Shown: positions 17,171 to 23,807, counted from the first letter of the stretch. The stretch is DNA of 64,000 nucleotides from a virus (IMGVR_UViG_3300021961_000053:19216-83215), one strand, 5' to 3'. The notes: generated by a model from the sequence alone, not told the origin. Numbers and translations: made by a program.

Positions 17171-17382
17171 GTCATTTTGTGAAGAACCCAGACGAGATTG
17201 TGCTGGAAGATGTGCGTATGATCCATTATGAAACAATGGAAGAAGGACGTGCTGTGTGGTTGGGCATCTACATGAATGATGGTAAGATGTATCATATGAA
17301 TATCGGTGGTGATAATCTGTATGTCAATTACTCTTACGAGGGTAATGATCCAAACATTACTGAATGGGCAAAACTCAAATGA
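17167..17382 (+). CDS. Hypothetical protein (MSHFVKNPDEIVLEDV...)
   Basis: GGAGG RBS and ATGA coupling. Confidence 0.65.
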   Translation: MSHFVKNPDEIVLEDVRMIHYETMEEGRAVWLGIYMNDGKMYHMNIGGDNLYVNYSYEGNDPNITEWAKLK

Positions 17383-17585
17383 AACCAGTTAGTGTAGATC
17401 AACTGATTGAAGCACTGTATAATGAATATGTCTATCTTTGTCACGATGATTTTGATCCCGATGAAGATCCAACTCCCGAAGAGTATCTTGAAATGATCAA
17501 AACTTTATCGTATGATGAATTGATTTCAGAAACTAGCACTGATGAAGAATATACTCTTCAAGAGTTTATGGAGACATGGGGATGA
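17379..17585 (+). CDS. Acidic hypothetical protein
   Basis: ATGA coupling; D/E-rich. Confidence 0.65.
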   Translation: MKPVSVDQLIEALYNEYVYLCHDDFDPDEDPTPEEYLEMIKTLSYDELISETSTDEEYTLQEFMETWG

Positions 17586-17734
17586 CTGACGAACAAATTG
17601 ATATGCTCCGTCATCTCATCAAACAAGAGATTGATGCTGCACAAATTGATGGTATGGAGCATGGACAATGGGGATGGGCAGATAAACAACTAGAGGAAGG
17701 ATGGAAGATGTTCAAGGAGAGTTTCAATGACTGA
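17582..17734 (+). CDS. Hypothetical protein (50 aa, not in ORF track)
   Basis: Hand translation MTDEQIDMLRHLIKQEID...; ATGA coupling. Confidence 0.6.
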   Translation: MTDEQIDMLRHLIKQEIDAAQIDGMEHGQWGWADKQLEEGWKMFKESFND

Positions 17735-17906
17735 CTATAACATGCCCAATGGTGATTTCATCAAGACTTATCCTGATGTCACTCGTGTAGAGGTTATCAC
17801 CAACAATGGACGTGAGTTCGTTCAGTATGAATGTTCCAACGTTCAGGTGTCACTACAGGATGACGGACAAACAATTAAAGTATTTCTATTCTCCACCTAT
17901 GACTGA
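17727..17906 (+). CDS. Hypothetical protein (59 aa, VTRVEVI..GR...SLQDDGQTIKVF)
   Basis: AAGGAG RBS; beta-rich motif typical of small phage proteins. Confidence 0.65.
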   Translation: MTDYNMPNGDFIKTYPDVTRVEVITNNGREFVQYECSNVQVSLQDDGQTIKVFLFSTYD

Positions 17907-18126
17907 AGATGATAAACATGCATTGAAAGAGTTCATGAATGGTGTGGCATTTACCGTTGCTGTCGTAGGTATTGCTATCATAGGTATTGCCATCATGTCT
18001 GGTGGTAGTGTGCCAGAAGAACAACTGCCCACGAAGGTGGTTGGCACATACAAAGACTGTGATATAATTCAATGGCATTACGGCCCTCTCGCTGAATACA
18101 AGTATTTTCTCTATTGCCCCAAATGA
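17899..18126 (+). CDS. Small membrane protein
   Basis: TM helix VAFTVAVVGIAIIGIAIM; start reassigned to 17899. Confidence 0.65.
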   Translation: MTEDDKHALKEFMNGVAFTVAVVGIAIIGIAIMSGGSVPEEQLPTKVVGTYKDCDIIQWHYGPLAEYKYFLYCPK

Positions 18127-18731
18127 CTTACAACGCTGAACTGACATTCAAATTTGATGCTACCTACACTCATGAGTATAATCGTGGGTTTGGTTCTACT
18201 ATTGGTGATGATGACTTTGTTCCTGAAGAGCATTATATTATCACAGCACCAGCAGCAGACCTCAATGCCAAGCAGTATTTCAAGTTATTTGAGAAATTCA
18301 TGCTGTGTGTAGGCATGTGCCCGCAATCTATCCGCAGTGGTGCTATGTCTCTTGTCTTCAATGAATATGTGAGTGAGGCAGATCAGCGCAAGGTGTGTGA
18401 TGAGTATGAGCTGACGATGGATGAAGATCTGCGTAGCAAGTTTGAAGACTTCAAAGAGGTAGATGCTGCATGGGCAAAACTGAAGAAAGGTCCAATGGGC
18501 ACAGTTCTTGAAGATGACTGGAAAGATAAGTTTGATGCACTACATCGTCGCTTCAATCGCTTTGCTGCTCTCAGTGATGATCAACTAGAAGATCTTGCTA
18601 AGTATGCGGAGAAGACATACTATGTGGTGGATGATTGTGCTCTAGATGATAAGGAGAAGTGCAAGGAGTATAATATGCGTGAGCAAGAATACTACGACAA
18701 ACGCGCACAACTGGACCTGAAAACAAAATGA
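18123..18731 (+). CDS. Hypothetical protein (about 202 aa)
   Basis: ATGA coupling at both ends. Confidence 0.7.
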   Translation: MTYNAELTFKFDATYTHEYNRGFGSTIGDDDFVPEEHYIITAPAADLNAKQYFKLFEKFMLCVGMCPQSIRSGAMSLVFNEYVSEADQRKVCDEYELTMDEDLRSKFEDFKEVDAAWAKLKKGPMGTVLEDDWKDKFDALHRRFNRFAALSDDQLEDLAKYAEKTYYVVDDCALDDKEKCKEYNMREQEYYDKRAQLDLKTK

Positions 18732-18910
18732 TTGTTCCTATACTTGGTTGTATTCTCGCAGGTTGCCTGCAAGACGTGCCTATCATCGTTTCAGACCGTC
18801 CCATCCTCACTAGATTGGAACTTCTAACAAACAAACCCAAATCCATAGACAAATCACAATACTCATGCTATATTGAAGGAGAGTTTTACACATCATGTCC
18901 GACAAAATGA
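18728..18910 (+). CDS. Possible small lipoprotein
   Basis: Hydrophobic N-terminus ending in an LAGC lipobox-like motif. Confidence 0.5.
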   Translation: MIVPILGCILAGCLQDVPIIVSDRPILTRLELLTNKPKSIDKSQYSCYIEGEFYTSCPTK

Positions 18911-19173
18911 TCTACGAAAGCCCTGATAAAGGAAAGACTGTTACCCAGCGTCCATTCCATCAACCAATCAAACAAGTGAAATCTAATTGGTATTATGTGT
19001 TCTGGGGCATCATGGCAACTGCTGTTGTGGGAGGGCAAATCTATGTTGGACTAGGTTATCGTGAGATGGCAGAAGCAACCAAATCTACATCTATCAGTGT
19101 GATGTGTGAAACAATGTCACCATATCAGATTCCAGTCTCACCCTATCGTAATCGTACAGGACAATTTGAATGA
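18895..19173 (+). CDS. Membrane protein (IYESPD.GKTV motif plus TM helix)
   Basis: WYYVFWGIMATAVVGGQIYVGL hydrophobic segment. Confidence 0.65.
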   Translation: MSDKMIYESPDKGKTVTQRPFHQPIKQVKSNWYYVFWGIMATAVVGGQIYVGLGYREMAEATKSTSISVMCETMSPYQIPVSPYRNRTGQFE

Positions 19174-19433
19174 CACTCATCAAATTCATTCATCGTGAAG
19201 ACTTTGGACATGAATATATTGTTCAAATTATCAACACAGGCAAACATATGCCTAAACCATTCAAGAACTACTCATTGATTCAAGTATCATTGTCATGGAA
19301 TGATTTCCCTGGTTGGCCATACATTAAGATCAGTTCTGGTACTGGTAGTCTAATCAATGTTATGGCATGGGTGTATAAACTAGGATTTGATTTCTCTATC
19401 ATAGATCGTACATGGAATTGGCATGAGGAATAA
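19170..19433 (+). CDS. Hypothetical protein (87 aa)
   Basis: ATGA coupling. Confidence 0.65.
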   Translation: MTLIKFIHREDFGHEYIVQIINTGKHMPKPFKNYSLIQVSLSWNDFPGWPYIKISSGTGSLINVMAWVYKLGFDFSIIDRTWNWHEE

Positions 19434-19583
19434 ATGACATACGAAGTACAAACATGGGATAGTGAAGAGTATTGTGTGAACTATCATACAGTCAGTGATG
19501 CAATTGATTATGAGGATGCACAACAAGTAATAGAACTACAATACCCAGATCAAAAAGTAATCTCAGTAATCAAACGACAATGA
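19434..19583 (+). CDS. Hypothetical protein (49 aa, not in ORF track)
   Basis: Hand translation MTYEVQTWDSEEYCVNYHTV...; abuts the upstream stop. Confidence 0.55.
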   Translation: MTYEVQTWDSEEYCVNYHTVSDAIDYEDAQQVIELQYPDQKVISVIKRQ

Positions 19584-19708
19584 TTTACTTTCTCATCATA
19601 TCATCAGCAGTAGTATGGGCATTGTTCTCATTGTACTCACCTAGACTGTCTCATCTAGATAAAGAACATGAACAACAACGTATCAATGATAGACGAGAAC
19701 ACACCTGA
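19580..19708 (+). CDS. Small membrane peptide (42 aa)
   Basis: MIYFLIISSAVVWALFSLY; ATGA coupling. Confidence 0.5.
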   Translation: MIYFLIISSAVVWALFSLYSPRLSHLDKEHEQQRINDRREHT

Positions 19709-19829
19709 TAAACTAAGAGAGATTATCAGAGATACATGGCCTAATCTCTATCATTTGAAGCAACGTGATAATGACGTTGATAATGATTCTGAACCAGATT
19801 GTCAAGGTGCTCCGCGTCAGTATCAGTAA
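19668..19829 (+). CDS. Hypothetical protein (IDENTP.KL.EIIRDTWP.LY)
   Basis: Hand translation, 53 aa from ATG 19668 (alternative ATG at 19686). Confidence 0.5.
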   Translation: MNNNVSMIDENTPDKLREIIRDTWPNLYHLKQRDNDVDNDSEPDCQGAPRQYQ

Positions 19830-19948
19830 GGGTTCTTGATACTAATTCGTATTGTTATCAGAATGTTTTTAAATCATAATAAAAATAGGGTTAAGGTGCG
19901 GTAGAGATGTTGGCTTAGCACGCTACCTATCGAAAGTCAAGCAACACT

Positions 19949-20005
19949 GTGCCAGTCCTCAAAGTGTCACAGAAACCCTCAGAGACCCTCAGAATGCCCT
20001 ATAAT
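19949..20005 (+). promoter_or_regulatory. Palindrome early promoter unit, copy 7 (no ORF within 180 nt)
   Basis: GTGCCAG-TCCTCAAA-GTGTCAC, 29-nt gap, TATAAT at 20000-20005. Confidence 0.75.
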
Positions 20006-20043
20006 AGGTACATCAGAGGGGGAGAGATCCACGCCTTCTGAGG

Positions 20044-20170
20044 TTTTCCACAGGTTGTGGAATTTGTGGAAAACTCAAAAACTGAAAAAGACAAAAATCT
20101 CACTTTTTAAGTTTTTTCAAAAACTGAGAATTTAAGATTTTTGAGTTTTTTCAAAAATTAAACTTTAATC
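20044..20170. other. Cluster of TTTTCCACA-type boxes followed by AT-rich tract (candidate origin)
   Basis: TTTTCCACA 20044-20052 (+), AATTCCACA 20056-20064 (-), TTTTCCACA 20065-20073 (-); AGTTTTTTCAAAAA twice (20110, 20144). Confidence 0.4.
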
Positions 20171-20190
20171 ACCTGCATTTACTCACTAAA

Positions 20191-20439
20191 ATGACAAAAA
20201 CCTACGATAATCTTACTAGTAGTGCTATCAATAGTATTACAGTAGAAGATAATGTAGTAAAAGTAGTGTATAATAGTAATAAAGACAAAGAATATACATT
20301 CAACTGTCAAAACATGGATCAATTTGTAGAACAATTGAGTTCAGAATTGATCGATGTAGAGATCAACAATGGAAAAGGATCTGTTGGTCGTTTCTTACAC
20401 CAACAAATCAAGAATGGTGTTCTAATTGAATCTAAATAG
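20191..20439 (+). CDS. KTSC-like domain protein
   Basis: SSAINSI...V.V.Y.S....Y.F...GSVGRFL...IK pattern. Confidence 0.6.
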   Translation: MTKTYDNLTSSAINSITVEDNVVKVVYNSNKDKEYTFNCQNMDQFVEQLSSELIDVEINNGKGSVGRFLHQQIKNGVLIESK

Positions 20440-20472
20440 TCACACAGTTTGAGTAACTAATCAATCAAAACA

Positions 20473-20634
20473 ATGAGCAACAAAAATCATCGCAATGACC
20501 GCTACGATAAGTATAGCGAATTCAATGACGATTTCGAAGACTTTGGTTATGACGTGAAGAACGTTCGCCGTCAAACTAAAAAGAAAGTTACCAAATTCAA
20601 GACCCGTGACGATGAATACTATGACACTTTCTAA
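20473..20634 (+). CDS. Charged hypothetical protein (53 aa)
   Basis: Hand translation MSNKNHRNDRYDKYSEFNDDFEDFGY... Confidence 0.55.
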   Translation: MSNKNHRNDRYDKYSEFNDDFEDFGYDVKNVRRQTKKKVTKFKTRDDEYYDTF

Positions 20635-20678
20635 ACTGGCACACTAACACCCCCATCGATCCCATCATCGTGTATTGT
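20621..20678 (+). promoter_or_regulatory. Palindrome early promoter unit, copy 8
   Basis: ATGACAC-TTTCTAAA-CTGGCAC, 30-nt gap, TATTGT at 20673-20678. Confidence 0.6.
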
Positions 20679-20707
20679 ATACAAGTTGATGGGATTTTTG
20701 ATTGACG

Positions 20708-20878
20708 ATGACACTAACTGAACGCAACCAAAAGTTATATGAACTGCGTGATCAGTTGTTGAAAGCACGAGCACAAGTTGCCTGGATTGAACAACAGATC
20801 TGGTTGACTCGTGATGCATACGATCAAGAACAATTTGCCATCCCTGGTAATAGTCTTTTTGATCAAATGTTCAACTAG
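20708..20878 (+). CDS. Coiled-coil hypothetical protein (56 aa)
   Basis: Hand translation MTLTERNQKLYELRDQLLKARAQVAWIEQQIW... Confidence 0.6.
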   Translation: MTLTERNQKLYELRDQLLKARAQVAWIEQQIWLTRDAYDQEQFAIPGNSLFDQMFN

Positions 20879-20907
20879 ATAATATAACCAACACCCAAGG
20901 AGTTCTC

Positions 20908-21042
20908 ATGACTGTGCAGGAAATGTATCAAGAGATGAAAGAACAAATGCTGGAGGATTCGCTCCTAGGGTATAGAGATCATCACCTCTACGATGATGCT
21001 GAGAGCTATATTGTAGAAATCGACTACACTACACAGAACTAG
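20908..21042 (+). CDS. Hypothetical protein (44 aa)
   Basis: AAGGAG RBS; MTVQEMYQEMKEQMLED... Confidence 0.55.
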   Translation: MTVQEMYQEMKEQMLEDSLLGYRDHHLYDDAESYIVEIDYTTQN

Positions 21043-21108
21043 TGTGACAGTTGGCAAGGTGTCCCCAATTGACCCCAGATGCCCCGACCCTGTGCCTATA
21101 ATGTCTGC

Positions 21109-21306
21109 ATGACAAACAACCTCACCGCTTCCATGGTCCATCAGTTCGATCTCGACATCGCTCCCGCCTTGCGTGAGTACATGGGTTCTAATCTCACTGA
21201 CCTCAGCGACTGCATCGATTGGGTGTGCGCTGTGTTCGATGTGCCCGCTAGCGAGTGGATCTGCGATCGTATCGCTGACGAGTTCGAAGAGTTCTTCGGG
21301 GTGTGA
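21109..21306 (+). CDS. Acidic hypothetical early protein, probably leaderless
   Basis: ATG lies 6 nt after TATAAT. Confidence 0.7.
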   Translation: MTNNLTASMVHQFDLDIAPALREYMGSNLTDLSDCIDWVCAVFDVPASEWICDRIADEFEEFFGV

Positions 21307-21389
21307 CAGTTGGGGGAGTGTCCATCATTCTCCCCATTGCCCCCCATCTGCTGCCATACTAACCTCAGTTCAAACAACCAACGCCAAAC

Positions 21390-21749
21390 ATGCGTAAGAT
21401 CGAACGCCAAATGCTCAACGCCATTGCTGTTAACAGCAACTGGAAATGTGCTAACACTGAAGTGTGCTACGATCCCGAAACTAACGAGAGCACTGTGTAT
21501 CTGCACGGTAACAAGATTGCAGAGGTAGGTGATAACTACCTGCGCCTCTTTGATGGTGGTTGGCAATCTAACACCACCAAATCTCGCATCAATGCTATCA
21601 TGCAAGAATGCAGCATTGCAGGCGAAGGTGTATTCCAGAAGAACTATCAGTGGTTCATTCGCCTCTTCAATGGCACTGAATTCTTCGTCACTGAGTTTCG
21701 CTCTGGCATGAAACTTGGTGCTCTGCCTTACTCTCTGCTGCTCGCCTGA
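21390..21749 (+). CDS. Conserved-type phage protein (MRKIERQM...LHGNKIA...GGWQSNTTKSRINA)
   Basis: Recognisable phage family pattern; follows promoter copy 10. Confidence 0.8.
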   Translation: MRKIERQMLNAIAVNSNWKCANTEVCYDPETNESTVYLHGNKIAEVGDNYLRLFDGGWQSNTTKSRINAIMQECSIAGEGVFQKNYQWFIRLFNGTEFFVTEFRSGMKLGALPYSLLLA

Positions 21750-21759
21750 GTTACAGAAT

Positions 21760-21778
21760 AGGGGAGACAATCTCCCCT
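21760..21778 (+). terminator. Stem-loop, probable terminator
   Basis: AGGGGAGA-CAA-TCTCCCCT just after the 21749 stop. Confidence 0.5.
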
Positions 21779-21972
21779 TCTCAATAGACTTTCTAATTGA
21801 GAATCGCGGCTGCCCCTAGTACAACTGAACTCATGGCATCATCAGCATCCCCCATCCTAGGCGTCTGGTATGATCCGACCGCCAAGCGCAGTACAGTTGA
21901 GAATGTGGCACAGTGGGTTGCCGTTGCTGCTGCCCTGGGATCTATACTGATCTCAGTTCAAACGAAACGCAA

Positions 21973-22188
21973 GTGACCCACGCCATCGCAGTTCAACCGA
22001 CCGCCTGGACTTCCTTCGATCAGCATGGTTGCGAGTGGGCAACCGACATGCGCCATGCCTACCGCATCGCCCAACAATGGGGCGAGCCCTGCATGGTCTG
22101 GATGTGCCCCGTGCATGGTGCCCCGATGAAGTGGTGTCGTGCCACTGAGATCACAGACGCCATCGCTGACCTAGTGTTCGGTGCCTGA
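21973..22188 (+). CDS. Hypothetical early protein (GTG start)
   Basis: Start placed downstream of TATACT at 21943. Confidence 0.65.
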   Translation: MTHAIAVQPTAWTSFDQHGCEWATDMRHAYRIAQQWGEPCMVWMCPVHGAPMKWCRATEITDAIADLVFGA

Positions 22189-22238
22189 AGTGGCACAAGG
22201 GGGACTGAGATCCCCTGCCCACCCTCTATACTAACAGC

Positions 22239-22448
22239 ATGAACAGCACCGAACTCAAGACCCTGAACTTCACCCTCTCCCTGCAGGATCGCTGCATCGC
22301 CATCGCTGAGGCGCTCGCCATGGAAATCAACGGTGACCTCTCCTACGTGCCAGAGGAGGATGCCGAGCGTATCATGGCACGTCTGACCCCAGACAACATA
22401 CAGGAGACGGCAGAGGAACTGGCACAACTTGCCTACTGGTTCAACTGA
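22239..22448 (+). CDS. Hypothetical early protein, probably leaderless
   Basis: ATG lies 6 nt after TATACT. Confidence 0.7.
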   Translation: MNSTELKTLNFTLSLQDRCIAIAEALAMEINGDLSYVPEEDAERIMARLTPDNIQETAEELAQLAYWFN

Positions 22449-22483
22449 TCACCCCTTAGACTGATTCCATCGAAACGAACCCC

Positions 22484-22651
22484 ATGATCTACGTTGTGAC
22501 CGCTGGCGACTTCTACGAATCCGATGATGTCTGCTGCCTGTTCGCCCATGAGGCAGACGCCCATGCCTATGCTGCCCAACTCGAAGGCGAATACGATTGG
22601 GCAGAGGTCACTCCCCAAACCGTCCACCAAGGTCCGCTGGTCGCCGCCTGA
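22484..22651 (+). CDS. Hypothetical early protein (55 aa, not in ORF track)
   Basis: Hand translation MIYVVTAGDFYESDDVCCLFAHEADAHAYAAQL... Confidence 0.65.
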   Translation: MIYVVTAGDFYESDDVCCLFAHEADAHAYAAQLEGEYDWAEVTPQTVHQGPLVAA

Positions 22652-22668
22652 CCCCTTATACTAAGAGC

Positions 22669-22839
22669 ATGAACAAACAACCCGACCTCGCCGCCATCAT
22701 GGCATCCTACACTGCACAGTACAACCAGATGCAGGCACGATCCGCTGCCAACCGTCAGGCATTCGCTGAGGGTCGCCCCTTCCCCTTCCCTGCCCCTGAG
22801 TGCCAGTCGGGCAACTGGAACATCAGCGACCGCGACTGA
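22669..22839 (+). CDS. Hypothetical early protein (56 aa), probably leaderless
   Basis: ATG lies 6 nt after TATACT. Confidence 0.65.
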   Translation: MNKQPDLAAIMASYTAQYNQMQARSAANRQAFAEGRPFPFPAPECQSGNWNISDRD

Positions 22840-22885
22840 TCGCCTGACCCTCTAGAATTCTCTCATACCAAACAACCCAAACGAC

Positions 22886-23158
22886 ATGACCGCTTCCACC
22901 CTCCCCACGTACAACGGTTGGGCAACCTACGAGACCTGGAATGCTGCCCTCTGGATTGGCAACGATCAATTCCTCTACAACACCGCTAAGGCGTGTGTCG
23001 AGTTCTGCTCTGATGACGAGACCCCCTGGGATAAGTTCGTCCGCTGCATGACTGACGGGCAGATCGGTCGCCATCTTGTGCAGACCCGTGATGGGGTGCG
23101 CTGGGATAGCGTCGCCATCGATGCAGACGAGATGAACGCCATGATGGTCGATCTCTGA
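22886..23158 (+). CDS. Conserved-type phage protein (YNGWATYETWNAALWIGND)
   Basis: YNGW.NYETW...LW..ND family pattern. Confidence 0.8.
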   Translation: MTASTLPTYNGWATYETWNAALWIGNDQFLYNTAKACVEFCSDDETPWDKFVRCMTDGQIGRHLVQTRDGVRWDSVAIDADEMNAMMVDL

Positions 23159-23231
23159 ACCGCACACTACGGGGGTCTCTGCTGCCCCCCTTGCCTATAG
23201 ACTAACCACAGTTCAACCGACAGACAGACCG

Positions 23232-23417
23232 ATGATCATGAGCATGGCAACCGACCTCCAGACCCGCCGCATCGTGTGGGCAGGTCGCAAGACAGAGACC
23301 GCTCATCAGACCATGGGGCAAGATCTCCCCATCACCGTAGAGAGCGAGTGGATCGCGGGTGCCTACGCTGACCGCTGGCATGATGAGGCAATCGCCAAGA
23401 TCCCCACGTTCGGGTGA
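23232..23417 (+). CDS. Hypothetical early protein (61 aa)
   Basis: Follows promoter copy 16. Confidence 0.65.
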   Translation: MIMSMATDLQTRRIVWAGRKTETAHQTMGQDLPITVESEWIAGAYADRWHDEAIAKIPTFG

Positions 23418-23456
23418 GGGGTCGCCCCCCATCCTACCACACACCCATTCTCTACT

Positions 23457-23657
23457 ATGAACATCAGAAAGTATCAGCGATCAGTGGATGAAATCATGAA
23501 CCGCTACGGTTTCATCTTTGAGAGCAAGTCTAAGCACATGAAATACAAGCACACGAAACTAGGCATCATTCAGGTATGCTCTGCGACGCCATCTGATAAC
23601 TATGCTCTCTCGCAGATTGAGCGCCAATGTAGACGCTCACTCGCAGCAGCACAGTGA
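23457..23657 (+). CDS. HicA-like (dsRBD-fold) toxin/RNase-like protein
   Basis: Helix-GF-strand-SKH-strand-KH...TPSD-helix arrangement; basic; 66 aa. Confidence 0.55.
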   Translation: MNIRKYQRSVDEIMNRYGFIFESKSKHMKYKHTKLGIIQVCSATPSDNYALSQIERQCRRSLAAAQ

Positions 23658-23662
23658 TACTG

Positions 23663-23690
23663 GGGGGCAGTTAATTTGCCCCCCTTTGTT
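23663..23690 (+). terminator. Stem-loop terminator ending the early region
   Basis: GGGGGCA-GTTAATT-TGCCCCC followed by T-rich TTTGTT. Confidence 0.55.
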
Positions 23691-23755
23691 ATACTTAGGG
23701 GCGCCAAGCGAAATGTTTGGGTCCCTCCTAACCTACAAAAGTATCCAGACGACCG

Positions 23756-23762
23756 ATAAATA
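23756..23762 (+). promoter_or_regulatory. T4-type late promoter (ATAAATA)
   Basis: At the start of the late structural block. Confidence 0.6.
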
Positions 23763-23807
23763 TTTCTGAAAACCTTGAAAATAAAAAAATTTGCCCAGAA
23801 AAAAATT

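Larger units (their letters stand above)
21044..23203 (+). repeat. Dense array of 8 palindrome/-10 units (copies 9-16), one per small gene
   Basis: 22-mers start at 21044, 21303, 21890, 22175, 22404, 22605, 22800, 23145. Matching -10 hexamers start at 21097, 21355, 21943, 22227, 22457, 22657, 22853, 23198 (gap 30-31 nt). Copies at 22175, 22605 and 23145 are degenerate. Confidence 0.8.

Noticed and set aside
19766-19790. GATAATGAC..GATAATGAT as a Fur box
   Set aside because: It lies within an ORF encoding DNDVDNDS and lacks the inverted half-site.
21778-21804. TTCTCAAT...ATTGAGAA inverted repeat as an iron-regulator site
   Set aside because: The half-sites are in the opposite arrangement to a Fur-type box and no linked promoter is evident; it may just be a second hairpin.
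21833-21976. 47-aa ORF spanning promoter copy 11
   Set aside because: It has no RBS or promoter of its own and runs through the whole regulatory unit. GTGA coupling to the next gene is suggestive but not sufficient.
21044-23203. Repeated palindromes as a CRISPR array or integron attC sites
   Set aside because: Copies are degenerate and irregularly spaced by whole genes (200 bp to several kb), and each is tied to a -10 box. There is no cas or integrase gene in the window and no attC core-site structure.
16326-23657. AbrB/MazE-like and HicA-like genes as a toxin-antitoxin pair
   Set aside because: They are 7 kb apart in different transcription units and belong to non-cognate families.
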